From Octopus sinensis (lineage: Eukaryota), in contig NC_043019.1 of NCBI RefSeq assembly GCF_006345805.1, forward strand, positions 12,461,360 to 12,525,359: DNA of 64,000 nucleotides. The letters are read 5' to 3'. Each line of letters starts with the position of its first letter. Position 1 is the first letter of the stretch. Under the pieces are notes generated by a model. The model was not told the origin of the DNA, ran no database searches, and saw nothing but the letters and a program-made list of their open reading frames with translations. Shown here piece by piece: positions 51,477 through 62,955 of the stretch. Made by a program: the position numbers and the translations under genes.

Positions 51477-52248
51477 GCCTTTGTGCGTGAGCACATTCCT
51501 GGCAATAATATCTGTTCATTCCACTTCAGGCATTCCTTTTGATCCTTTTGTTACCATATTTCTGCATATTTCTAATTAAATACCCTACGCATTATATGTC
51601 ACAATTAATTTTGAAGATAATTGAGTAATCTGAAGGGCCTTAATTATACAAAACCACTAACTTTTTCATGATCTATTAAGTTTGTGAGTTTTTGTTATCT
51701 AAAAAACATTATTTTAGCCAAATGGCCATTCATTAAATTAGAATGGAAGGTAATAAAATGAAACATATGGATGCAGGTGTAGCAGTGTGGTTAAGAAGTT
51801 TGGTTCCCAACCACTTGGTTTTGGGTTCAGTCCCACTGTGTGGCACCTTGGGCAAGTGTCTTCTACCGTGACCCTGGGCCAGCCTTGGGAGTGGATATAT
51901 TTTTTTTTCTTCACCTTACTGGCACTTGTGTTGGTGGCACATGAAAAACAACATTCGAGTGAGGTCATTGCCAGTGCTGCTGGACTGGCTCCTGTGCAGG
52001 TGGCACATAATAACACCATTTGAGCATGGCCATCGCAAGTACTGCTTGACTGGTCCTTGTGCCGGTGGCATGTAAAAGCACCCACTACACTCTCAGAGTG
52101 GTTGGCGTTAGCAAGGGCATCCAGCTGTAGAAACTCTGCCAGATCAGATTGGAGCCTGGCGCAGCAATCTGGCTCGCCAGTCCTCAGTCAAACTGTCCAA
52201 CCCATGCCAGCATGGAAAGCGGATGTTAAACGATGATGATGATGATGA

Positions 52249-52289
<41 letters not shown>

Positions 52290-53288
52290 GTCATGTTGAA
52301 GGCCGCCAAAATGATGGCAAGATGATTTAGTAAAACAGTTTGGAGCAAGATAGAAAAGAATGGTGCAATCAAGAAAATTGAAAGTGCATTGTAATCAGCG
52401 GTGTATGACAATATCCGATAGCCTGGTCAATACAATGAAGTACACACACACACATACATTCACTTATGTCTACACATACATTTATGCATACACATATCTA
52501 TACATACATCCACTTTGTTGTGTGTGTGTGTATCTATGATCACTGTCATCAGTTAATGTCCATTTTCTGTACTGGTATGGGTTTGACGGTTTGACAGGAC
52601 CTGGCCAGCTGTGCTTAGCTGTACATGCATTCACTTATTTGCCTAGCTATACATATATTCACTTCTGTATACTCACACATTTATGCATACACATGTACAT
52701 ACACACATCCACTCATGTGTGTGTGTGTCTGTGTGTATATACGATCATTGTCGTCATTTAATGTCCATTTTCCTTGCTGGTATGGGTTTGACAGTTTGAC
52801 AAAAGCTAGCAAGCCAGATGACTGTGCCTGGCTGTACATACATTCACTTCTGTCTACTCATACATTTATGCACACACATGTATATACATACATCCACTTG
52901 TGCGTGTATGTATGAGTGTGTGTATATGATCATTGTCAGCATTTAACGTCCATTTTCTGTGCTGGTATCGGTTTGACAGGAGCTAGCAAGCCACAAGACT
53001 GCGCCTGGCTGTACTCCCTCCTTTGGCATGCTTTCTATGGCTGGATGCCCTTACTAATTCCAATTACTTTACAGAGTGTACTGGGAGCTTTTATGAGACA
53101 CCAGCACCAGCTAGGTCACCAGGTAATTTGCAAGACATGACCCATCAGCTGATGGTTTAGTAGTTGTGATGAAGTTGGCTTTGTGTCAAGTGATTAGAGG
53201 TTAGAGTATGACAGACGGACAGAAACAGATGTCTTGCTGTAGAGAAGTGAGTCAGGATTTACCATCTACATATATATATATGTACATT

Positions 53289-53320
<32 letters not shown>

Positions 53321-53330
53321 ATAATATATA

Positions 53331-53599
53331 TATATAATATAATTCGAGACAAAACCACTATTTTAAAACCAAACAGGAAAGACTTAATCAATACATAAAA
53401 TTTTAATATAAATTAAATAAACCGCCACTACAAATTTGATACTGATTAGAAGATCGAAAATCCACCTGAAGATTGTCGGAGCAGACATGAAACATTTGTA
53501 GTGGCGGTTTATTTAATTTATATTAAAATTTTATGTATTGATTAAGTCTTTCCTTGTTTGGTTTTAAAATAGTGGTTTTGTCTCGAATTATATTATATA
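53331..53599. repeat. Palindromic cassette (arms about 105 bp, 58-bp spacer), copy 1
   Basis: 53331-53435 is the reverse complement of 53494-53599 apart from one indel. Confidence 0.9.
53462..53504 (+). ncRNA. Minimal type-I hammerhead ribozyme motif, copy 1
   Basis: CCAC-CTGAAGA-T-TGTC(GGAGCA)GACA-T-GAAA-CATTTGT-A-GTGG: stem I CCAC/GTGG, canonical core, stem II, short stem III, GUA cleavage triplet. Confidence 0.7.
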
Positions 53600-54070
53600 A
53601 TATTTTACTATAAAATTGGATTTAACCCTAAATCTGATTTTTTCCTGTAATTTGGATTCATTCCCTAATATTTATTATATATATATATATATATATAATA
53701 TATATATATAATTATTAATAGTAGGGAATATAATGGTCCAAGGCAACAGGGGAAAACATGATATATATATATATATTTTGTTTGTTCCTTCTTGAGCCAT
53801 GCCTGGCTCATAAGGGCCGGTTTCCCGGTTTCTTGGCGTATAGGTTCCCCACCTGGATGGGATGCCGGTCTGTCGCAGGTGAGCTGCAAGATGCAGGTCG
53901 AGAGAAAGTTGTGGCGAAAGAGTCAGCAGATGTTTCGCCATTACCTTCTGCCGGAGCCGCGTGGAGCTTAGGTGTTTCACTCATAAACACACACATCGCC
54001 CGGTCTGAGATTCGAACCCGCGATCCCTCGACCGTGAGTCCACTGCTCTAACCACTAGGCCATGTGCCTC

Positions 54071-54103
<33 letters not shown>

Positions 54104-54114
<11 letters not shown>

Positions 54115-54372
54115 ATTCGAGACAAAACCACTATTTTAAAACCAAACAGGAAAGACTTAATCAATACATAAAATTTTAATATAAATTAAATAAACCGCCA
54201 CTACAAATTTGATACTTATTAGAAGATCGAAAATCCACCTGAAGATTGTCGGAGCAGACATGAAACATTTGTAGTGGCGGTTTATTTAATTTATATTAAA
54301 ATTTTATGTATTGATTAAGTCTTTCCTTGTTTGGTTTTAAAATAGTGGTTTTGTCTCGAATTATATTATATA
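54104..54372. repeat. Palindromic cassette, copy 2
   Basis: Tandem duplicate of 53331-53599. Confidence 0.9.
54235..54277 (+). ncRNA. Minimal type-I hammerhead ribozyme motif, copy 2
   Basis: Identical to copy 1, 773 bp downstream. Confidence 0.7.
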
Positions 54373-54445
54373 ATATTTTACTATAAAATTGGATTTAACC
54401 CTAAATCTGATTTTTTCCTGTAATTTGGATTCATTCCCTAATATT

Positions 54446-54496
<51 letters not shown>

Positions 54497-55302
54497 TTAA
54501 TAGTAGGGAATATAATGGTCCAAGGCAACAGGGGAAAACATGATATATATATATATATTTTGTTTGTTCCTTCTCGAGCCATGCCTGGCTCATAAGGGCC
54601 GGTTTCCCGGTTTCTGGCGTATAGGTTCCCCCACCTGGACGGGAAGCCGGTCTGTCGCAGGTGAGCTGCAAGATGCAGGTCGAGAGAAAGTTGTGGCGAA
54701 AGAGTCAGCAGATGTTTCGCCATTACCTTCTGCCGGAGCCGCGTGGAGCTTAGGTGTTTCACTCATAAACACACACATCGCCCGGTCTGAGATTCGAACC
54801 CGCGATCCCTCGACCGTGAGTCCACTGCTCTAACCACTAGGCCATGTGCCTCCACTATATATATATATACATACATACACACACACATATATATACGCAC
54901 ATACATACACGCACACATATTATATATGTATTTACATATACATAGATGTATACACATATATCTACATGCACATAAACATATATTCACATGCATATATACA
55001 CATGCACATGTGTGTGTATGTATATATATATTATATATATACACACACACAGATATATATATATATATATATACATAAACACACATATATACACTACACT
55101 CACGGAGTGGTTGGCGTTAGGAAGGGCATCCAGCCGTAGAAACATTGCCAGATCAGACTGGGCCTGGTGCAGCCTTCTGGCTTCCCAGACCCCAGTTGCA
55201 CCGTCCAACCCATGCCAGCATGGAAAGCGGACGCTAAACGATGATGATGACATACACACCACACATATATACATACACACATATATATACATATACACAC
55301 AC

Positions 55303-55357
<55 letters not shown>

Positions 55358-55961
55358 AACACACATTTATACACATGTATATAAACACACATGCACACAC
55401 ACAAACACAAGTCCTCACCATCTCAGACTTTCTCTTTTACAAACACACAATGAAACGGAGATGTATGGGAGACCAATGGAAGCACTGGCTGTCAGTTGCT
55501 GTTCAATGAAGCCAGCAGCTGTTATTAGTTCTGTAGTTAACCAATTGAATATTGGATGGGTGGTGGTGGTGGGGGGGGATAAAGCGAAGTACCTCTGAGT
55601 GTGAAATTGAAACTGAAACTGCGAGGATTCCATATGAAGGTGTTTTTATTACGTAGATGTTTATTTTTAGCCCTGACCGGACAGGAGCTAATCGTGACCC
55701 TCTCATATTATTGTATGTCACGTACTACACTAGGGTGCCTAAATAAGTATGTATGCATGTATACGATATGTATGTAATATATGTACGTGAATGTAGTGTA
55801 TATGTGTATATGTATGTAATGGATGTGTGTGTATGTATATGTTATGTATGTTATGTGTGTGTGTATGTATATATATATATATAAATATATGTTATGTCTG
55901 TATATGATAGATCGTTAGCCACTACACACATTTTTATTCTCTCCTTGTTTTTTCTGTGTCC

Positions 55962-55997
55962 CTTTCTGTAGAAGAGCATAGGCTCGAAACGTAAAAG
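55962..55997 (+). ncRNA. Hammerhead-like motif with A6U core variant in a Penelope-type terminal repeat
   Basis: CTTT-CTGTAGA-A-GAGC(ATAG)GCTC-GAAA-CGT-A-AAAG; palindromic stem III ACGT. Confidence 0.4.
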
Positions 55998-56079
55998 ACT
56001 TTTTCTATTCCTGAGCGTTATACTAATACATCTGTTTGTTTTGTACACCACCTGTCTTCGTCTTTTTTTCGTAAACTCT

Positions 56080-56135
<56 letters not shown>

Positions 56136-56248
56136 ATGTGCATGTGTGGTATATGTATGATGTTTATTTGTATGTATGCATGTATACAATATGTCTAATG
56201 TACGTATGTGTATGTAGTGTATGTATGTTATGTCTGTGTATATATTTA

Positions 56249-56281
<33 letters not shown>

Positions 56282-57177
56282 ATATGTGCATGTATGGTAT
56301 ATGTGTATGATGTTTATATGTATGTTATATATGTAAAGTATGTGTATGAAGTGTATATACATTGTTATGTATGTGTGTATGTTGTGAATAAACATAATGT
56401 ATGTATGTTGTTATGAATAAATGTCATGTATGTTAAATTTATATATATGTGTGTGTGTGTGTGTGTATCTATTTATAATGTAATGTGGTCATGTAGGTAT
56501 ATAGGATAATTTCATAGGAGCAATTAGACTGGCCCCAGAAGTACCTGATTGCTACTTTATTTTATCTGACCCAAGAAAGATGAAAAGGTGAAATAAAGTG
56601 ATTTTGACTCCGACAAGATTTGAACATCGTGTGTGTGTGAGTGTGTGTGTGTGTGTGTGTGTGTAACAGTATGCGTAAACACAGCCAGAAACATTAAAAT
56701 TTCCACCTTGTTGCTCTCGTAACTCGTTAACTCACCTTTGTGTGTTGCTGAAATTTTTTGACTTTCAAACATGACATTTTTTTTGTTAAGTGGATTACAA
56801 ACTGTTTATTAAATGCTGAGGGGAGAGGGTGTCCATTTAACCCCAGGTCAGTTTTATTTGAGCTCGACCTAAGGCGTTGTTGTCATAAAAAAATGTAGTC
56901 GCAAGGTGGAGGGGGAAGTTCAAAGATCCAGTTTTTTGGCGTCGCAGTAGGAATGAAAGTGAAAGTTGGGGAAGAAATTCTGAGAGCTGCTCTGCTATTT
57001 CTTTGGTTCTGTTTCTCATTTTATTTGTATAAACATATTATTTATCCCACTTTCATGATAGATCACTTACTTCCACCCCATTCTCTTTATTTCTTCCTCT
57101 TTGTATGTGTAAATCACTGTCTGTCTGTCTGTTGCTGTCTGTCTATCTGCGTGACAATATGCTTGTCTGTCTGACTG

Positions 57178-57237
<60 letters not shown>

Positions 57238-57361
57238 CCAACCTATCTCTTTGTCCACCTGTCTGTTCATCTGTCTGTCTGTCTAGCAGTCTGTTTGTCT
57301 GACTCTAGCTGTCTGTTTATCTGTCTGACTGTCTGTCTGCCTGTCTGATTCTAGTTGTCTA

Positions 57362-57407
<46 letters not shown>

Positions 57408-57512
57408 CATTCATCTTTCTCTCTCTCAATTGATCAGTTACTGAAATCAGTAAAAAAAAAATGAATATATAGGCACATGTTGCATATGTATAAGAATTGT
57501 GTGCATGTGCAT

Positions 57513-57545
<33 letters not shown>

Positions 57546-57744
57546 CGATGGGCTTCTTTCAGTTTCCATCTACCAAATCCACTCACAAGGTTTTGGTTGG
57601 CTCAAGGCTATGGAAGAAGACACTTGCCCAAGGTGCCGCACAGTGGGACTGAATCTGGAACCATGTGGTTGGGAAGCAAGCTTCTTGCCACACAGCTACA
57701 CCCTAAGCTTCCATATAGTTTCCATCTATCAAATTCACTCGCAA

Positions 57745-57815
57745 GGCAAATTGGTCAGCTTGGATTTGTAGTTGGGCTCTACCAAGGATGTGTACTGTCA
57801 CCTGTCTTCTTCATA
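57745..57815 (+). mobile_element. Short RTE-type RT fragment
   Basis: FVVGLYQGCVLSPVFFI, the RT QG motif. Confidence 0.55.
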
Positions 57816-57862
<47 letters not shown>

Positions 57863-57867
57863 ATATA

Positions 57868-58258
57868 GGAGTGGCTGTGTAGTAAGTAGCTTACTAACAA
57901 ACCACATGTTTCTTGGTTTAGTCCCACTGCGTGGCACCATGGGCAGGTGTCTTCTACTATAGCCTCGGGCCGACCAAAGCTTTGTGAGTGGATTTGGTAG
58001 ATGAAAACTGAAAGGAGCTCATCGTATATATATATATGTGTGTGTGTGTGTATGTTTGTGTGTCTGTGTTTGTCCCCCCCAACATCGCTTGACAACCGAT
58101 GCTGGTCTGTTTATATCCCCGTAACTTAGCGGTTCAGCAAAAGAGACCGATAGAATAAGTACTAGGCTTACAAAGAATAAGTCCCGGGGGCGATTTGCTC
58201 GACTAAAGGCGGTGCTCCAGCATGGCCATAGTCAAATGACTGAAACAAGTAAAAGAGT
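57868..58258 (+). mobile_element. CORE-like SINE
   Basis: Near full-length family member. Confidence 0.75.
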
Positions 58259-58991
58259 ATATAAAAGGGTAAAGACCCCCTTCGGTCATGAATGACCATG
58301 GGATTGCACCTAGAAAGTTACCCTCCTAGACACAAGTCCGGGCAAGGTTGTTTATGGAAGACCAGCAGTCGCCCATGCATACCAGCCTCCCCTCTCCACA
58401 CCACCAGTGTTATCCAAGGGAAAGACAAAGGTCGATACAGCTTGGCACCAGTGACGTCGCAACTCATTTCTACAGCTGAGTGAACTGGAGCAACGTGAAA
58501 TAAAGTGCCTTGCTCAAGAACACAACGCGCAGCCCGGTCCGGGATTCGAGCTCACAACCTCACATATACATATATATATATATATATATATAATATATAT
58601 ATATATATGGGTCAGGGTACCTTGATGGGGAAGATTGGTTCAGTGCTGTTGACTGGTGTGTACTGAAATTCCTCAGGTACATACTATACTAATACACTAA
58701 TATAGACATTAACACATTTTTATCATGTCTAATACCATGGTCTGCTAACTTCACCTGAAGTTAATAACACCCCTGTTCCCCTGCCATCTGTTTCTTGTTA
58801 ATATTTATTAAGCAAATTTTTGCACCTGTATCTTCCTCTGTTGTCACACTCATACACATTAATGTGAGCACTCCTTGGTATGTACAGGGTGGGTGTAAAT
58901 GTATACACACTGACATTTGTATCCACAACTGACTTTTACGTATCTATTCATTTGTGTGCTCCGCCTCCCACACACACATCTAACTATATTA

Positions 58992-59366
58992 TCTCTATAT
59001 ATATAAACGGCAAAATGTCTGTGTGTGCACGCGCGTGTGTCCTTTATACAAATCCACAATTTTTCAGTTAGAGGGCTCGCACTTTCTATGGTCATTCAAA
59101 ACCGCCCAAGGGTAGTCGTGCACATCTTTACATTTCCCTAGTCACCCCGCAAAGCCATTAAAAAAATCAATAGAAGTGACTTTTTTGTGAATTTTCTATC
59201 CAAAACCCAATCAAAGTGCCCAAAACTTGATGCGCCAATTGAATGCCAGCTAGCTGTATGTGATTGGTCGGAGATTTGGACAGTACTCGCGTGTATGTGC
59301 GCACGCACACAGCTGTATATGCATGCACTAGCACTATGACCCAGTATTGCCGGGTCATAGTGCTAG
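58992..59366 (+). mobile_element. Non-autonomous Helitron-like element
   Basis: 5' A|TC, and a 3' perfect 16-bp hairpin ending CTAG|T. Confidence 0.6.
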
Positions 59367-59400
59367 TCATACGTAAACTGCTTCTTGTACCTTGAACTTC

Positions 59401-60200
59401 CTATACAAATACCTTAGTATTCATAAATGGTGCTAAGTCGAGACCGTTCAATGTAGGCGTTGGGCTCTGCCAAGGGTGTGCACTGTCACCTGTCCTCTTC
59501 ATAAACTTTATGGACTGGATTGACATGCACAGGCAGGCTGGAAATGTTATCAAAACCTGTAGATGTTGGATCAGTTGGCTGGACTTTGCAGACGACACGA
59601 TACTGCACAATTCATCTGAAGGTGATTTCTGATATGTACTTGATAGATTTAATGCCAAGTACTGCTCAGCAGGAATCAAATTCAATACCACAAAAGGCTG
59701 AGACCATCTCAAGGATGCCTGCATAATGTAATCTACATGTGAGTGGAGTTCCACTGATACAGGTTCCTTCCTTCTCGAGCCATAAGGGCCGGTTTCCCGG
59801 TTTCCTGAGCGTTTAGGTTCCCCCACCTGGACGGGACGCCGGTCCGTCGCAGGTGAGCTGCAAGATGCAGGAGGAAAGAGCGAGAGAAAGTTGTGGCGAA
59901 AGAGTCAGCAGAAGTTTACCATTACCTTCTGCCGGAGCCGCGTGGAGCTTAGGTGTTTCGCTCATAAACACACACATTGCCCTGTCTGAGATTCGAACCC
60001 GCGATCCCTTGACCATGAGTCCGCTGCTCTAACCACTAGGCCATGTACAGGTGGAGAAGTCCAAGCATCTGGGGACCATTTTAATGAGGTCTCAAAGGCA
60101 GGAGGCTAAATTAAGTGCAAGAATTTGCTGGTGCTGGCACAGTAATGTCATCTTCAGCATTCGGTCATCTGAAGACATCTAGGCTTAAAAACCAAACTTG
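59401..60200 (+). mobile_element. RTE-clade LINE reverse-transcriptase fragment interrupted by a SINE
   Basis: Plus-strand SRPFNVGVGLCQGCALSPVLFINFMDWI...LDFADD...VLDRFNAKYCSAGIKFNT, resuming after the SINE as QVEKSKHLG. Confidence 0.8.
59765..60045 (-). mobile_element. tRNA-derived SINE inserted in the RTE fragment
   Basis: TSD TACAGGT (59758-59764 and 60046-60052); related copies at about 50255-50530, 53780-54073 and 54560-54855. Confidence 0.8.
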
Positions 60201-60520
60201 CTATGTGGTTGGTAAGCAAGCTACTTACCACACAGCCACTCCTACGTCTATATATTAATAAAATATTTTAAACTATTTTCAGTGCACACCAATGTTTTTT
60301 TTCTTCTTCCTAAAGTGTTCATATATTATGGACCATTTGTGAATTTAAAAAAAACTACTACATAAACTGTTTATATACGTTTTTAAAAAGAGATTTAAGA
60401 TACGAGTATATCTCTCTTTCTAGATGTATATATGTGCATGCGTGTGCTATGATTCATATATGGTTGTATATTTACTCATGCATGTTATATGTACCTGTGT
60501 GTGTGTGTGTGTGTGTGTGT

Positions 60521-60935
60521 TTTGGGTTTATATGTCATGTATTAGAGATAAGGTAGGCAAAAATGAAAGGTGAATTGATTTGTGGAACAGAACAGAGCAT
60601 GCAGGTAGGCAAGCAGGCAGGTATGTAGTAGAGTACAGAGACTGCAGTCAAGGTGAAGGGAGAGAGAGAGAGAGAGCTGATTGTCTTGGTAAGGTATTGT
60701 GTGTGTGTGTGTTGTGTGTGTGTGTGTGTTTTGGGTTTATATGTCATGTATTAGAGATAAGGTAGGCAAAAATGAAAGGTGAATTGATTTGTGGAACAGA
60801 ACAGAGCATGCAGGTAGGCAAGCAGGCAGGTATGTAGTAGAGTACAGAGACTGCAGTCAAGGTGAAGGGAGAGAGAGAGAGAGAGCTGATTGTCTTGGTA
60901 AGGTATTGTGTGTGGTGTGTGTGTGTGTGTGTGTG
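60521..60935. repeat. Direct tandem duplication, period about 209 bp
   Basis: TTTGGGTTTATATGTCATGTATTAGAG at 60521 and 60730. Confidence 0.9.
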
Positions 60936-61802
60936 TGTGGTTGGAAAAGGAGGGAGAGTTGCTGTGAAGGCATTTACACTCACACACACACATTTGCACA
61001 TGTATACTTCACGTGGGAATACGGAACATACATGTACAAACCTACAAGAGACTCTTATATGGTTGCTCAACTTCCTAGAAATAACAGCCAAGTCTCATTT
61101 AATATACACGAGGGCCACTCTGGCGGTACTGGCAACAACCTCGCTCGAAATGATGTTTTTTACGTGCCACCTGCACAGGAGTCAGTCCAGCGGCACTGGT
61201 AACGACCTCGCTCGAATGTTTTGCTCACATGCCACTGGCACAAGTGCCAGTAAGGCGACACTATACACACACACATATATATTCCCACCCATGCTAGAGT
61301 CTAATCTCTTATTATAAAAGGCAGATTTTATCTGCCTCCCTTTGGGAGTTATAGAAATCTACAATATAGGATTTCTTCAATTACAATTTACCTGGCATTT
61401 TTAAGAGTACAATGCATCGCGTCATGCCAGGTCCAGTTTTTAAAATTTAAACTCCAATTAAGCAAAATTTACAGAAAACTCACATTCTGGTGTGTGTGTC
61501 AAATGCTTTTCTTAGTCTGGTTTACACCACACGCAAACGCACACACACAGTGGGCAACGAATAAAATGAAAGTAATTGACTTACTGTAGTGAGTGATTCT
61601 TTCACTCTGCCTCCCACTTCCTCTTTCCACACATAGACACGCAAATATATAAATAAAATTGTAAGCTAATGTGCGTGTGTGTGAGTGGGTGTGTGGGTGT
61701 GCGTGCGCGTGTGTGTGTGTGAGGGTGCGTGTGTGCGTGAGTGTGTGACAGGAAAGTTTTTTACAAGAATATAACACCTATATCCAAGTAGCAGAAAGAT
61801 AA

Positions 61803-62170
61803 GACAGTAAGGTGTGATTTGAGGGAGATTTGGCTGCTATTTCTACCATGTCTAGCTGCCATGTAGGGGTCTCCCTCATAGGCTCATACATACATATATA
61901 CATAGATAAGACAGTAAGGTGTGATTTGGGGGAAATTTGGCTGCTATTTCTACCAGGTCTAGCTGCCATGTAGGGGTCTCCCTCATAGGCTCATACATAC
62001 ATATATACATAGAAAAGACAGTAAGGTGTGATTTGGGGGAAATTTGGCTGCTATTTCTACCAGGTCTAGCTACCATGTAGAGGTCCCCCTCATTGGCTCA
62101 TATATATATACATACATAAGACAGTAAGGTGTGATTTGAGGGAGATTTGGCTGCTGTTTCTACCAGGTCT
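61803..62170. repeat. Four tandem copies of a unit of about 107 bp (last one partial)
   Basis: GACAGTAAGGTGTGATTTG at 61803, 61910, 62017 and 62120. Confidence 0.9.
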
Positions 62171-62530
62171 GTTAGGCCTTCTCATGTAAACTCAAGCTTT
62201 CTCATGCCTTGAACATAAGACCAAAGCAGAGAATGTATTCTTTTATTCTTCTGCTTTTTCCAGCCATTGGTCTGTGGCCATGCTGGGGCAATGCCTTGAA
62301 GAATTGTAGTTTAATGAATCAACTCCACTTTTATTTTTGTAAGCATTGTACTTATTCTATCTGTTTCCTTTGTCAAACCACTAGGTGACAGGGATGTAAA
62401 CAACCAACATTCGTTGTCAAGCAGTGGTGGAGGACAATCACAAGCACAGACACGCACACACACACACATACATGCATACACATATACACACATACATACA
62501 TACATATATATATATGTGTGTATATATATA

Positions 62531-62789
62531 TTGCAGCGTGGAAGGTGTTTGTAAGCCATTTAAGAAACACAAAAAAACCGTTACATTCACTTCAACATTT
62601 AAATTTAATTTGCCAAAATATTTTCGTCGCTTTGAGACCGCGACCTCTTCACTGACAAAAATATCGTGCTAACAGGTCGCAGTCACAAAGCGATGAAAAT
62701 ATTTTGACAAATTAAATTTAAATGTTGAAGTGAATCTAACGGTTTTTGTGTGTTTCTTAAATGGCTTATAAACACCTTCAACGCTGCAA
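62531..62789. repeat. Palindromic cassette (arms about 115 bp, spacer about 27 bp) with a hammerhead-like core on the minus strand
   Basis: TTGCAGCGTGGAAGGTGTTT...GCGACCT is mirrored by AGGTCGC...AAACACCTTCAACGCTGCAA. Confidence 0.85.
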
Positions 62790-62955
62790 CTGTTTTCGTT
62801 CCAGCGCACGATCTCAGATCAAGTCACTTGCTATGCAAGTACATCTCTGTAACTATATATATTTATATATATATATATATATATATGTATATTGGTAAAA
62901 ACATTAAGATAACAAAAGAAAGAAAGAGACCTCAATATTATGTAAATAGAGGAAA

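Noticed and set aside
59401-59826. 141-aa minus-strand ORF as a gene
   Set aside because: Antisense shadow of the plus-strand RTE RT fragment plus SINE sequence.
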